Assembly (NCBI RefSeq): GCF_009914755.1
Contig: NC_060929.1
Direction: 5' to 3' (one strand)
Length of the DNA stretch: 64,000 bases
Source of the DNA: the human T2T-CHM13v2.0 reference genome, Homo sapiens
Below are positions 1 to 18,616 of this stretch, piece after piece; positions within the stretch are counted from its first letter, which is position 1, and every line of letters starts with the position of its first letter. A model generated the notes under the pieces. It saw nothing but the letters and a program-made list of their open reading frames with translations. It was not told the origin of the DNA and searched no databases. A program made the translations under genes and the position numbers.

Positions 1-221
1 ATTAACACTTGTTCTCTGTAATGCTCCCCAAAATCATAGTTTCCATTACTATTTGCTAATTAGCTTATTACACATATATATACATATATATACATATCAC
101 ACAAACCATGTATATGGATAAGAAATTTCGGGAAAATGTTAACATTACCTCTAGGAATAGGATATGATAAGAAGACTTTTAATTTTTACCTTTTAATCTC
201 TGTACTAATAAAGAAACTTGA

Positions 222-517
<296 letters not shown>

Positions 518-1531
518 AAAATACCTGTTATCAGTTAATTATTAATTTATCTAAATCTGTATTTAGTATGTATTGTCACTTAAGGCGAAAAAGTTCCGTA
601 CTTGTATTTAAATTTGTCATCTTTAAGCTTGGAGATAGTTTTAGTACATGAGATTCTTGTATGTTTTCTGTATTCAACTTAAAAATAATTCAAATTTATC
701 TGTGTTATACATTGGTATCTCAAATTTTTATGCCAGATTTAGATTTTCATACGTAAGTTTGCAAACATTCATTTCTAATAATTATAACACCAGTTTTAGC
801 AGTATTGTTATTTTGGTTTATCTAGGAATATTACTGTCTTTGTAATTGCTTGAATACTATATCTGATTGCCCTTTTTCATAAAAATGCCTAGAAAGGAAA
901 AAATTAGAGTTAATGAGACTAAGAATTGAAGGTGTTACAAAGGAAATACTTTTGAGACCAACTCTTTTTGTCTTCACCAAGTGTACTGGGTAGTCAGTTG
1001 TAAAAAAAAAAAGGATCAAATTAAAGGACATATGAATACTAGATAGAGATATTTGTGAAGAATATGTTTAAAGGGGAATCATAATTGTTAATTGTAGAAT
1101 TTTTTTTTAGCTTTCTGAAGAGTCCACTTTTCCTTTTCATTCCCTCTTTCTACTCCTGCCTCATAAAATATAAGTTTGACTTTTATAATAGTTTTTAAGA
1201 AATTATTACAAATACAGGCATGTTTCTGTGTGTATGATTTAGTAAACATTGTGTTTTTACCCTATGTTTATGTTTCTTAACTTTATCAATATTTATCCTT
1301 CTCCTCTATCTCTTATACTTAACTATTATGGATTGAGGAGTTACATGTTTTTTTGTGGGTAGGGTTGGGAGGTAGGGGTTTGATCTACTTAGCAGGCTCA
1401 TCCCTAGTTCTGTTTGACCAGAACTTTTTCCTGCTCCTTTTGTTCTGTACTTTCTTCAGTTTTGCCTTTTACAAAACAAAACAAAGACAGCAGTTATATA
1501 AAATGTTCTACTTGTAGATCTGTTTTCCATC

Positions 1532-2263
<732 letters not shown>

Positions 2264-2768
2264 TTAGGTATCCTTTTCCTAAATTGAGAGTGTCAACTTA
2301 CTAATAGAATTCATTTTCCTACAAGCACAATTTATATTCTTTTTGCTTAAGTATAAATTACTTGTCTAAATTCAAGGTAATCAACATTTTTCTATTTATT
2401 TAGATGGTCTATAGATAATATTTTTGCAGTTTTTTTCCTCTATTAACTTTTTAAAATTGAGATTACCACTCTTGTTTATTCTGTTTCTGTTGAAATTATA
2501 ATACTTTGTGTTTGTTTTTATTGTATATGCCTTATTGTGACCATTATTTATTATGGAAATATTGCTTGAAATTATGCTTTAAGTAGTTTAAGTAATTTTA
2601 GCATATGATATTTAAAATTCTTAAATCAATTCTTCGATATTGTTATTTAAAATTTTTAACAAAGATTTGTTTAGAATCTTGCTATTAAGTTTTATTTATT
2701 AATAAAATACTTTGTATTACTCAGCATTACTATTATTCATCAAAATATTGGTGACACATTCTGACTGA

Positions 2769-2936
<168 letters not shown>

Positions 2937-3009
2937 TAATTCTGCGAACTAAATTCTTAAGAGTTATTCCTGAGTAATGTCTGTTCTTTATTTTCTTTTT
3001 AAAATATAG

Positions 3010-3073
3010 ACTATGGGTGGTGACTTTTCAGGAAAGAACCAAGATTGTTCTAAAGGAATTTATGCATTAGCAG
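3010..3073 (+). CDS. KIF2A: KIF2A coding exon
   Basis: tatag|A, GCAG|gtaac; TMGGDFSGKNQDCSKGIYALA, in frame with its neighbours. Confidence 0.97.
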
Positions 3074-3229
3074 GTAACTGTCCTTTTTCCATATAATTTG
3101 GAATATTCTTCTGTGGTATTATTCAGGTAACTTTGAAATAAGGCTTTAAAATATTGTTCAGCAACTATAATGCTATATTAACTGTCTATTATGTCAATTA
3201 TAGGTTATTAGATTGCTTGAAAAGAACTA

Positions 3230-3590
<361 letters not shown>

Positions 3591-3948
3591 GAACTGTAAG
3601 ATTGATTTTGAGGGGGCAGAAATCTTGATTATATTTGTCAGTGCATTCTAGCACATTGTTGGAGATGAGTCTCAGTTGTTGAATTTCTGAACTGTAAAAA
3701 GCTACTAGCTATGGTATAAGAATAACCTCATTATGACCACCTATAATTTTATGCTATTTATAAATATAAATATTAATATATATAAATAAAAGTAGCACCC
3801 TTTTATGGCATATGAAAGAGAATAGCTTCTATTAATACTATTTTTTGTAAAATTAATATTCACTTTCTCATTTTTATTATTGATACTGTTATCCTAGGTA
3901 AAGAGTAACTGATTCCTCTAGAAATAGAAAATTTGAGTTGCTTTTTAA

Positions 3949-4212
<264 letters not shown>

Positions 4213-4389
4213 TAATTTATGTGTATTTAGAACTTTTATATTAGAATTTATGTTATGAGATTTTTTTAAAAAGTCCTTTGAAACTTTTCAACTTCAGTGT
4301 TGAGAATTCTTATTCCAATTATTATTTTAATCTCTGAAATAATTCTTAAACTCTGGGTGACTCATATTTATAGAACTGATATTTTAATT

Positions 4390-4673
4390 GCCACAGGATC
4401 TCGCTGTGTCACCCATGCTGGAGTGCAGTGGCATGATCACAGCTAACTGTAGCTTCAATCTCCTGAGCTCAAGTGAGCTTCCCGCCTCAGCTTTCCTAGT
4501 AGCTGCGACTATAGGCATGCACCACCATGCCCAGCTAATTTGTTTTATTTTTAGCAGAGACAAGGTCTCACTATGTTGCCCAGGCTGGTTTTGAACTCCT
4601 GAGCTCAAGCCATCCTCCTGCCTCAGCCTCCCAAAATGCTGGGATTACAGGCGTGAGCCATTGCACCTAGCCT
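4390..4673 (-). mobile_element. AluJ
   Basis: Alu consensus, reverse. Confidence 0.9.
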
Positions 4674-4722
4674 GTTTTTTACTTTAAAGCTAGTTTTCTA
4701 ATTTGAATATGGTTTTTCATAG

Positions 4723-4866
<144 letters not shown>

Positions 4867-5228
4867 TAAATCTCATTTTGATTAAGAAAGGAAACATCAG
4901 TTTTAGAAACTTTGGGTACAGTATAACAAAATGAGGATGTTATCTATCAATACATCTTGGAAGTAAAAATCATTGTTCATAAAAACTTGTGTTACATGTA
5001 AATGTGAGTGACAATTATTATATTGATACTACATTACAAATATATTAGAAATATGCTGGATTAAATTGTATGAATCTGGTTCTATTTAAGTGTTATAACT
5101 CAGTGTCTCATCTGTATTTAAAAGATGAAAACTAGCTAAATCGATGTTTTTGCTGCTGTTGTTTTTAATGAAAATAATGTGGTTTGAACATGTAAATTGA
5201 AGTTTTTAATGTATCAAGATGTCCTTAA

Positions 5229-5534
<306 letters not shown>

Positions 5535-5696
5535 TAATAAAAAGAGGTTTTCAAAATTCAGATGCTTGTAATGTATAGTGTGATTTTATTATACCCAGAT
5601 TTTTTCCTTGCACACATTCTTTATTCTTTTTAGATGGGATAAAGGATATGTGAGTTAGTAGGTCAGTTCTGGGGCTACATAGGTAAACTCCAGAGG

Positions 5697-5990
5697 TTTT
5701 TTTTTTTTTTGAGACTGTGTCTTGCTCTTTCGCCCAGGCTGGAGTGCAGTGACACAATCTCGGCTCACCGCAACCTCCACCTCCTGGGTTCAAGCCATTC
5801 TCCTGCCTCAGCCTCTCCAGGAGCTGGGATTACAGGCACGCACCACCACACCCAGCTAATTTTTGTATTTTTAGTAGATATGGGGTTTCACCATGTTGGC
5901 TAGGCTGGTCTTGAACTTCTGACCTCGTGATCTACCCACCTCAGCCTTCCAAAGTGCTGGGATTACAGGCGTGAGCCACCGCGCCCGGCC
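5697..5990 (-). mobile_element. AluS
   Basis: Alu consensus, TSD ccagagg. Confidence 0.9.
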
Positions 5991-6357
5991 CAGAGGGTCT
6001 TAATTAGTCATATTTTCTAGGAGGAGGGCAACGAACCACTGAATTGAGCTAAGAAACAGTTTCTCAGAAAAACGTGGAATGGCTTTCAAAATGTTAGGCC
6101 AGGTTATTACATCTTTTCCTTGAGTAGAAAAGCAAAGGTTGGAAAGACTAAAATAAGGCATTCTGTGTTTTTTTCTTTTGGAGTGCCATGTTAAGAAATT
6201 AACTTTTTACAGTTATCCTACTGCCTGTCACTTTCAAACACTAGTCATAGTTTCCAGAAATATCTGTTGGAAGAATAAAGTAGGTTTTTTTGCTGTCATT
6301 TTTTATTTTCTTGAATTAGCATTTATGGGAACATCTACACTATGCTTTAAAACTGTT

Positions 6358-6693
<336 letters not shown>

Positions 6694-6748
6694 TCAAGTT
6701 GTAGTAAGAGACCTTTTAAAATATGTTAATTAAGATTATCCTTTATAA

Positions 6749-6946
<198 letters not shown>

Positions 6947-7958
6947 TAACTACACAATATTTATGGAAAATGTATTTGTTAGTGACAATTATTTGAATCC
7001 TTCTATTTTGAGTGATATGGTGATATTTAAGATGTGGTCCCTGCCACTCTGATAGAGAGGATTATATTGCAGTTATATAATTCCAGCATCTAGGTGTTAT
7101 TGAGGGCTGGTCTTTCTTGATTTTCTTTTTCTTTTTCTTTTTCTCTTTCTCTTTCTTTCTTTTTGAGTATAGGTCACACTTTTCTTTATGGTCATATGTC
7201 TGGTAATTTGGGGTTATATCATGTGCATTATGAATGAACATAGAGACTGGATTCTGTTATGTTCTTCTGAAGATTATTGGTTTTTTGTATAGCAGAAATT
7301 TAACTAAACTTGCTCCAAACTCTTATCTCCCCTGGGCAACAACTGGAATTGAAAGCTTTGTTTAGTCCTTTCAGATTTAGCTATGTTGCTTATAGTTTGC
7401 CTTGTATAATATATGTCTAGGTCTGGAATCAGCTAGGGATTTGGGCAGTTTGTATATAAAAGTTTGTCCCAGAAGGGAGAGTACCACACTCTCTGCAGCA
7501 CTTTCCCTTCTGGGACAAACTTCACTTTTCCAGCTGCTATGAACTCCACTCCCAAACTATATCCTTTCATTTCTTTACCAGAGAGACTGCAAGTTTTCAG
7601 TCAAGTTTTAGTTGCCCTGTGTGACAGCAGCAAAGCTTGCCCTCTGTCAAAAAGCTGTTTAAAAAAAAAAAAGTCAGGTGGAGTGGGGGTCAGTCAGTAC
7701 TATTCCCTTCCAGGTATTAACCTCCTCCATTTCAGCTGGAGTTTGATTGTTTTCTAGTGCCTTCAGAGTTTGTATTTTAACTAGACTTTATCTGATTATA
7801 GATATGATAACAAATAATCTTGGAGTTGAGATATCATTAATAAGTCTTTATTTTTAAATAACCATGGTAAGATTAGACCTAAATGAGCTGTATGTCAGTA
7901 TTATTGTCTTGATCATTTATAACATTTTGTTTACCTTTGCATTTTTTTTTTCCTGTAG

Positions 7959-8026
7959 ATTGCCACAATCTCTCCAGGAATGGCATCCTGTGAAAATACT
8001 CTTAATACATTAAGATATGCAAATAG
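7959..8026 (+). CDS. KIF2A: KIF2A coding exon (end of motor domain)
   Basis: ctgtag|ATT, AG|gtatga; IATISPGMASCENTLNTLRYAN. Confidence 0.97.
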
Positions 8027-8099
8027 GTATGAGAGATAGTTCTCCATTTTGAAATTTGAGGGGAGTACAGCAGTACATAGTATAATTTAATATCTGCCT

Positions 8100-8429
<330 letters not shown>

Positions 8430-8767
8430 TCAATTTTCAAGAAAAAAATGTTTTGCATATTATTCCTTAAGATGACAATATAGAATCATTTTGTCAAATT
8501 CTAAAAATAAGTGGAAATGGGTAATTTGGGAAGGGATTGATAACTTTAGTAAAGTTGGTCTTTTTATCCTAGAACAAGGTTTCCATTTCACTGTTTTATT
8601 TCCTAATATTTTACTGCATTTAAATCATGCAAATTCTTCTTATTACATTAAGACTCTGAAGTAAATGAATGTCAGGGGCCAGTTTGTATTTCTTGAATTG
8701 TTTTGGTATATGTTGCATATTATTCCTGATAATATTAAATGCTCTATATGGGGAATCTAGGATTTGA

Positions 8768-9111
<344 letters not shown>

Positions 9112-10038
9112 CTTTCTGGTGTTCTATATGGGTTACATTTTGTTATTCATATTAATAGTCTTATAAACATTATAAACATTATAACTGGGTTTTTACAGAT
9201 AGAAGGACAGAATGCATTACAGACTACTAAAGCAGTTTATTCTGTATAGTCATGAAATGCCTTTGGAACTTTGAATTATAATGGGCATATTTATATTTGA
9301 TCCATAGATTTTTTTTTCCCACTGCTCTTGAGTGACTTTATTTACCACTGCTCTTATTTTGAATGACTGTTTAGTGTTAAATTTCTCTTCTCAAATGTTA
9401 AATTTGTGATTTTAACCTAGAGACAAAATTCCTCTTTGTAATCCATTTCTAGTATAGCAGTTCTCTTAATTCAAGTATAGCAGTTCTCTTAATTTTGCTG
9501 GATAAAAGTATCTGTCCTATATCTTTGTTTTAATCACTATGGAAATGTTATTTTTTAATCTTTTATTAAAATGTAAAATACTTATGCATATAGAAAAGTA
9601 CCTAAAGTATAAGTGATTAATTAAATGGATAATGGATACTTATAAAGTGAAAACTCCTGTCATTGGTTTGGGAAATAGAGCATTATTGGCCCCCCAAAAG
9701 GTTCCCCATGTGCTCCTTCCTGTTCACAAATCCTGAATAACATGCCTTATTCATCTATCTCTACCCTGATGTAACCCATGGATTAACTTCTGTGGAATAC
9801 TTTTCTTGTTTTTTTTTTTCCTCTTTTTAAAAATAATTTTACTATGAATCTATTTCTGAGTAACATAGGTAGCTGATTTGAACATTACACAATGGTATTA
9901 TAACCCCCCGGGTTTTTTTTGCATCTTGTTTCTAAAGGGATTTTCTTAATGGTAGTAAACACTGTTGGACAATATCAACCTATTGAGCTTTTGCAAAAAA
10001 AGTGATTAAAATATAATCACTTCTTTAAAAATGTAATA

Positions 10039-10334
10039 GGGCCAGGCGCGGTGGCTTACACCTTTAATCCCAGTGCTTTTGGTGGCCCAGGCGGGTGGAT
10101 TGCTTGAGCCCAGAAATTCGAGACCAGTCTGGGCAACATAGCAAAACCCCGTCTCTATAAAAAATACAAAAATTAGCCTGGCATGGTGGCATGCATCTGT
10201 AGTCCCAGCCACTTGGGGGGCTGAGGTGAGAGGATTGCTTGAACCTGGAATGTTGAGTCTACAGTGAGTTGTAATTGCACCACTGCACTCTAGCCTGGGC
10301 AACAGAGCAAGACCTTGTCTTAAAAAAAAAAAAA
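10039..10334 (+). mobile_element. AluJ
   Basis: Alu consensus, TSD gtaatag. Confidence 0.9.
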
Positions 10335-10752
10335 GTAATAGAACTACATTTCTAAGTATGAACTATTATATTTTGTAAATTTAATCCCTTTAAAGTTTGA
10401 ATTATGAGCTCCTAGCTGCAAATCCTTATTGTGTTAGTTTTAATTGATCTTGGTAATTAACGTTTTTGATATGTGGGATTTTTATCATTAATTTAAAATG
10501 TTTCTTATTTCAGAATAATTCTTGAGAAAGATGAGGAACAGCCTAGTGTAATAGATTCTTGCCATGTTGTAGAATTAAAACAAACAAAACCCCTCTGTTT
10601 CTTAAGATTTGAAACTACAAAAGATTCCTCCCTAATATTGTGAAAATGCTATATCTAGCTGTTCCTCTAGTTCACTTAGGTCAAAGTAAAATGTTTTAAC
10701 CTACTGTTATATCATGTAACTCACTTGCAACATGACTAACCATCTGGGACAC

Positions 10753-11118
10753 TGTATTAATCGGTTCTCACACTGCTACAAAGGAATACCCGAGACTGGG
10801 TAATTTATGAAGGTTTAATTGACTCACAGTTCAGCATGGCCACAGAGGCTTCAGGAAACTTACAGTCATGGTGGAAGGTGAAGGGGAAGCAAGGCACCTT
10901 CACCAGGCAGCAGGAAGGAGAAGTGCCAAGCAAACTGGGGAAGAGCCTCCTATAAAACCATTAGATCTTGTGAGAACTCACTATCACGAGAACAGCCTGG
11001 AGGAAGTTGCCCCCATGATTCAGTTACCTCCACCTGGTCTCTCCCTTGACACTTGGAGATTATGGAAATTATAATTTAAGATGAGATTTGAGTGGGGACA
11101 GAAAGCCTAACCATATCA
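10753..11118 (-). mobile_element. THE1 (THE1C-like) MaLR solo LTR
   Basis: TG...CA termini (tgtatt...ccatatca), 366 bp, perfect 5-bp TSD GACAC (10748-10752 and 11119-11123). Confidence 0.9.
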
Positions 11119-11822
11119 GACACATAATTGTTTCAATTTTATTTCCAAATCTCTAGGAATAAAGATTTTTAACCTTCCTTGATACTCATACCAATGTTTT
11201 GTGACCTTAAGAGTCAGTAATTTTTTTTTTTTTAACAGCCAAAAATAATTCATTCCTCCTTTATACTAAATCTGCCTTATTTTTTTTAGGCCAATACTTT
11301 GAGGTGGTGGGTAGGTGGCATTACATTAAAATTTCATATTTTTAGGAAACTATTTCTGTCTTAAGTGTTTAAACTTTTTTTGTATTTAAGACATAGCTTA
11401 GTGATTGAAGTGTTATTTCTCAGGACAAAATAGGTTTAATAACTTCCTTACTACTTAATGGTATCAAAGCCTCGGGAAAGTTACTTAACCTCTCTCTGTC
11501 TTTATTTCCTCATCTTTAGAATAGACAGCTAATGACCATGTCCATCTTAAAGGATTGTTTTTGAGGACTAAAAGAAGTGATCTGTGTAAAATGTTTAGCA
11601 CAGTACCTGGGATATATTAATAGGAATAGTTATCCCTATTGCTACTTTAGTGAGCAGTTCTGTCTAAAAAATTCAGTTAGACAGATGTGAAAGCAATGTT
11701 TTTTCATATCCTTATATTAGAATCATATACTTTGAAAGTTTTATATGGGAATTGTGGGATAGTTTGTAACAGTACACATTGCTGCTAAGTGATTAAGTTG
11801 ACAAGTCTAGTTCATCAGATGA

Positions 11823-12142
<320 letters not shown>

Positions 12143-12531
12143 AGACAATTAGAGATATTTTAGAGGAGAGTACAAGGGAAAACTTTCAGAGTGGAAGGAA
12201 TGGTTGTCCCAAGGAAAAAAAATTTATAGGATATATGAGAAATAGACAGTGGCCTCTATCCTGAAGCAGAGATACTTAATCTTTGGGTAATGGAAGAGGT
12301 TAGAGTGATTGGGTCTTGGGTAGAAGAGTGATTAGAGTGATTAGGAGTTTTTAGTAACATGTTTGAAGAATGTGATTCTTGTATGTAGTATAGTCTGGCT
12401 TGGGCAAGAGGGCTTTGGATAGAGGAAAAAATGTGTGGATGAAGCTAATAGGGTGTCTAAATTAAAAGATTTAGATAAGAAATGGGGTGGGAGTGAAAAT
12501 AGTTGTTTGTATTAGAAATTTAGATTTTTCA

Positions 12532-12816
12532 GGCCAGACGCTGTAGCTCATGCTTGTAATCCCAGTACTTTGGGAGGCCGAGGCAGGAGGATCACTTGAG
12601 TCCAGGAGTTTGAGACCAGCCTGAGCAACCTAACGAGACCTCATCTCTACAAAAAAATAAAAAATTAGCCGGGGGTGGTGGCACACCAGTGATAGTCCCA
12701 GCTGAGGTGGGAGGATCACTTGAGCAGGAGGTCAAGGCTGCAATGAGCCATGACTGAGCCACTGCAGTATAGCCTGGGTGATATGGTGAGACCTTATCTC
12801 AAAAAGGAAAAAAAAC
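12532..12816 (+). mobile_element. AluJ
   Basis: Alu consensus, TSD atttagatttttcag. Confidence 0.88.
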
Positions 12817-13910
12817 ATATTTAGATTTTTCAGCATGTGTGGTAAATAAACTTTAAGGATAAAAGGCAGATGAATCCAATATTGAACCTTTGACAGTAGA
12901 TATTAACCAATAGGTCAAAGAAAGACTGTTAGTAGAGGAAACATATTAGTTTGATTTATATGAAGATATTGATACTTGTTTTTGACCTAAAAAGAAGGGA
13001 ATTTCATTTAGTTCAACCTAAGAGAAATGACAAGAAAATCAGAGAATATGGTTATTATATTGAAGTGTTTAAATAACATAGGCTTTGTACTCAGGGCTAG
13101 GTTTTAACCTCAGTTATGCCACATTCTCAGTGAATGACCTTAGAGAAGATACTTTATTTCTGAGTCATTTTTCTCATCTATAAAATCAAAGATGGTTGAA
13201 GGACTAAATAATATAATGCCTAAAAATGACTAATCCTAATACCTGACATACAGGAGGTACTTAATAAATATTTTATATGGGTATGAAATAGGGTTGGCCC
13301 AAAAGAGACATAAGGAATTACATAGATGGGGTGAGAAAAGTCATAATTTGGTTAAATATAACTATTGAAGATGTTAGCAAAAGCAATTTAAATTTCATTG
13401 CTAAAGGCTGTTCTCAACCAGAGTTCTTCATCTGAATCACCAACCACTGAAAATAGAGTGAATATTTTCTCAGTTATACCAAGGACATTTCACAGCTAAT
13501 GCCATTCTGGATGCATAGGAAAGAAGTTAATTCATTACAAACAATGGATGCCTTAAGACATTAGGACTTAATTCCCTTGTGTCCTGTTTGGAAAAGACTG
13601 CAAAAATGTTGAAGACTCATGAATGCTAATAAACAAATAGTCATGGTACTGACTACATGAAGAAATTAGATTGAGTGGTCATGTAGTTAGGGGGGCATTT
13701 CAGATTTAAGTGACTTAGTTAAACTTCTAGGAAGGATTATGAGAAAAGAGGAAAATACACCAGAAAGGAAAGACTTAGGACTATAGAGCAGGGGATCAAT
13801 AGAACAAAGATGTTCAAAAACCTCTTAAAATTTGTTATTTGTAAAATAATATTCTAAATACATTGTCACAACAATATCAATATCCTTTTCTAAACAAAAG
13901 TGAATACTAA

Positions 13911-14117
<207 letters not shown>

Positions 14118-14501
14118 TAAGATGTTTATTTGTATACTTTCTTTTGAATTGTGCTTTGTATAAACATTTCATTTGCTATTTTTGTCCTGAGCCATTTTAG
14201 TTTTCATTGTCATTTCATTTGGCAGGTGGTGGTTGTACTGCATGATCTGCATTCTTACATCTTTTATTAATTTGTTTGCTTTAAAATGTTGATTTAGAAT
14301 TCAGGCTTCCTATTTCCCCCTCATATTTTTAAGGATGATGTCACTTTTGCATACTTACCATTAAAATTACCATACTTACCATCGAATTGTTAAAAGATAA
14401 ATTATCTTGCTTAAAATGAAGAGATTGCCTTTATGCTGTATGATCTTATAAGTTTCCTTGTCTGCAAGGAGCCTCTTGACATAGAAAGTTTACCCTCTTT
14501 T

Positions 14502-14618
14502 GGCCGGGCGTGGTGGCTCACACCTGTAATCCCAGCACTTTGGGAGGCGGAGGCTGGTGGATCACCTGAGGTTGAGAATTCCAGACCAACCTGGCCAAGT
14601 GGTGAAAAAAAAAAAAAA
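14502..14618 (+). mobile_element. Alu left-arm-only element
   Basis: Left monomer then poly(A); flanking repeat gaaagtttaccct. Confidence 0.85.
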
Positions 14619-15168
14619 TTTTTTTTAAAGTAAGGAAAGTTTACCCTTTCCCAAATGTGTAAGTTTAAATATAATGAGTAAACACTTTTCAAATGATAAA
14701 ACTTAAAATCTTATAATCTTTATACATTATAAATAAAATTATTTTACATGTAGCTATTTTAATTGAGCATGATAACTACCAGAAATCTGCAGGGTTTTTT
14801 TGTTTTGTTTCAGCAGTGATCCATTTATTGGTCTAATTGTTATTGTTTACATTTTTCTGTTCATATAATTTAATTGCAATAACATCAACTTTGATGAGCC
14901 AGTAGTAAATAAAATGGAAAATTTAAAAAATTTTTTAAATCATAACAAGTTTTTTTCTTTGAATACTGAATCTACATACTGTTCTCATTTAATTTGCACA
15001 ATAATTATATTTGATATAATATAATATGAATTATATAAAGTTACCTAAGCAGATTTCCTAAAACTAAACAACCACTTAAGTGTTTCTACAGATTTCAGAT
15101 AAATTTTACCTATAAAGGTGACATCATCAATCTTAGTATGTTAACTGAATTGCGTGTATATTGAATAG

Positions 15169-15402
<234 letters not shown>

Positions 15403-15475
15403 TAAATGTTATAATCTTAGTTCATTTCATCAGTAGCAGAACTTAACTGAAAACTATCATTTAAATGAGGTGTCA

Positions 15476-15770
15476 GGCTGTGGGTGTGGTGGCTCAAGCT
15501 TGTAATCTCACCAATTTGGGAGGCTGAGTGAGAGGACTGCTTGAGGCCAGGAGTTCAAGACCAGCCTGGACAATTTAATGAGACCCTTTCTCTACAAAAA
15601 ATTTAAAAATCATCCAGATGTGGTGGTATACACCTGTAAGTCTAGCTACTAGGCAGGCTGAGGTGGGAGGATTGCTTGAGCACAGGAATTCTGGGCTGTA
15701 GTGGACTGTCATAGCATCACTGCACTCTAGCCTAGGTGACAGAGCGAGACCTTGTCTCTTAAAATAAATG
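15476..15770 (+). mobile_element. AluJ
   Basis: Diverged Alu consensus. Confidence 0.88.
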
Positions 15771-15781
15771 AGTAAATAAGT

Positions 15782-15980
15782 CAGGGGTCAGCAAACTACA
15801 GCCTGTGGGCCAGCCATCTATTTTTACAAATAAAGTTTTATTGGAACATATCCATGTTTATTCTCTTAAGTGTTGTCTGGCTGCTTTCTTACCTACCATA
15901 ACAGCAGTAACAGAGACTGTTTGGCTCATAAACCCAAAACATGTATTATCTGGCCCTTTAAGGAAGTTTCCAACTCCCAA
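15782..15980 (+). mobile_element. MER58A-like hAT-Charlie MITE
   Basis: caggggtcagcaaactacagcc...aaataaagttttattggaaca...tatctggcccttta. Confidence 0.8.
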
Positions 15981-16161
15981 TCTAAACCATTCATTTTTTT
16001 CCCTTAGATTTTTGTCTGATATTAAAATTTGGGAAAAATTTAAAGTAATACAGGGAAAAACAACTTCCAACTCCCAATCTAAACCATTCATTTTTTTCCC
16101 TCAGATTTTTGTCTGCTATTAAAATTTGGGAAAAATTTAAAGTAATATAGGGGAAAACAAC
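15968..16161 (+). repeat. Tandem duplication, 2 x ~97 bp
   Basis: ttccaactcccaatctaaaccattcattttttt... starts at 15968 and at 16065. Confidence 0.95.
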
Positions 16162-16206
16162 TTTAAAAATTACACATATAATAAATATTATAAAGCTTAA
16201 AAACAA

Positions 16207-16485
<279 letters not shown>

Positions 16486-17258
16486 TTAAAGCTTAGAAAC
16501 AAAAGAACTGTGGACATATGCATCTATATTGAAAGGATGTATGCACTATATTAAAATCAAACAGCAAAATACTAACATTTGTTAAATCTGATTGCTTTTC
16601 TGTATGATTAAAATTTTTAATGATACTTTATAATTTAAATTTTTGATTTCCCAATTATAAAAATAAATACATGCCCATTGTATAAGGATAGAAAGAGATA
16701 AAGAAATAAAAAGGTATATATAATACACTTTCACATAATTGCTTTTAATGTATTGAGAGGGTTCTTTTCTGTGTGTGAGATGTAAAGGTGTGTTTTTAAA
16801 ATGCATATTCTGCATAGTTTGGTGTCATTCTATTCCCACTAAGTCTTATCATGGCATTTTCTCATCATGTTAAGTTAGCATTGATTAGTTGCTTACTACA
16901 TGACATACATTGCTAAGCATTTTATTTATTATCTGATCTCATTATCACAACTCATTGTAGTGGGTACTATAATTATCCCTACTTTATAACTGATATTCTG
17001 AGGTTTAAATAATTTGACCAAGATTTTACAAGTAGTAAGTACTGAAGCCAGGATTGAAATTTAGATCTTATTCCAGCGCCAAACCTTGTATCAATTAAAC
17101 TCATTGCTTCCTGCAATACAGTATTCTTTGTAAACAATGTTAGTTAGTTCTAATACTTTGTAGCAGATACTTAGCCCAAAATATTCTAGAGTAACAGATA
17201 CACTTACTACTTTTTGTTACCATGTTCCAAATCACTGTTACTAAAGCAGGGCTTAAAG

Positions 17259-17453
17259 CAGTGGTCCTTAACTAGGAGCAGTTTGGCCCCCAAAGCAAAA
17301 TGTATGGATATTTTGCTTGTCACAACTAAGGTGATGCTGCTAGCATATAGTGGGTAGAGCCAGGAATGCTGCTGAACATCATACAGTGCACAGGAGTGTC
17401 CCCCTCACCTTATCCCCATACAATGTCAGTAGTTCCAAGACTGGAAAAACCTG
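17259..17453 (+). mobile_element. MER20 DNA transposon relic
   Basis: cagtggtccttaac...gtcacaact...tagtgggtagagccaggaatgctgct...aatgtcagtagt. Confidence 0.75.
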
Positions 17454-17947
17454 GTTCAAACTAAGAGTTCTAAACTTTGAACCATAAAAACTAAAAATGA
17501 GATTCTGGCCTCAGTCCATCACTTATGTCCAGAATTTTTAAGAGAGACTGTAGTTGCTTTTAGACTCTTTAAAGTAAACCCTGCATTGCATCTAGATATG
17601 TTACCTCCCAAAGATGTGGAAAACCAGAGCAAGATAAGTACTCCCTATACATATCTTTCCATTTTATTATTGCATCTATTGGGCCTCTGTAGAGCCTTAA
17701 TTTGGAGAGGTTAGATGACCAGAACTAATCCAGGGGAGTATGACATCATGAGTTTTTACAGCCTCCATGTTTGAGAGAGTGTGCATTTCTGTCACCTTTG
17801 CCACACCCAGGGAATTATCTTGCCATGACTCAGCATTAGCCTTTAGTTAAGTATTGGTGCGTGTGTACATATTATTATTGCTATATTGTCTTAACAAAGT
17901 AGATTAAAATGGAACAGCATCTAAGACACGCTCTAGAGATCGGAGAA

Positions 17948-18263
<316 letters not shown>

Positions 18264-18380
18264 GAAGTTTTTTTTTGTTTTTTGTTTTGTTTTGTTTTGT
18301 TTTTTAATCATCATCTGAACATGGCCTGGGATCAGAGAAGCTCTGACTTGCTATAGGACGAAAATATGAATATATTGTAT

Positions 18381-18616
18381 ATAGTTGTCCCTCAGTTATA
18401 CATGGAGGATTGGTTCCAGGACTGCCTGAATATACCCAAATTGCGCATGCACAAGTCCCACAGCTGGCCCCGTGGAACTTGCAAATATGAAAAGTTGGGC
18501 CTCTGAATATGAAGGTTTCACATCTCTCAAATACTGTATTTTCAGTCTGCATTGGTTGAAAACCAGATATAAGTGGACAAGCACTGTTCAAACATGTATT
18601 GTTCTAGAGTCAACTA
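18381..18616 (+). mobile_element. MER8 (Tigger2-family) MITE
   Basis: agttgtccctc...ggattggttccaggac...aagtggac...gtcaact termini. Confidence 0.75.

Noticed and set aside
15968-16161. Repeat arrays as CRISPR-like structures
   Set aside because: Two-copy tandem duplications without spacers, in clearly primate DNA
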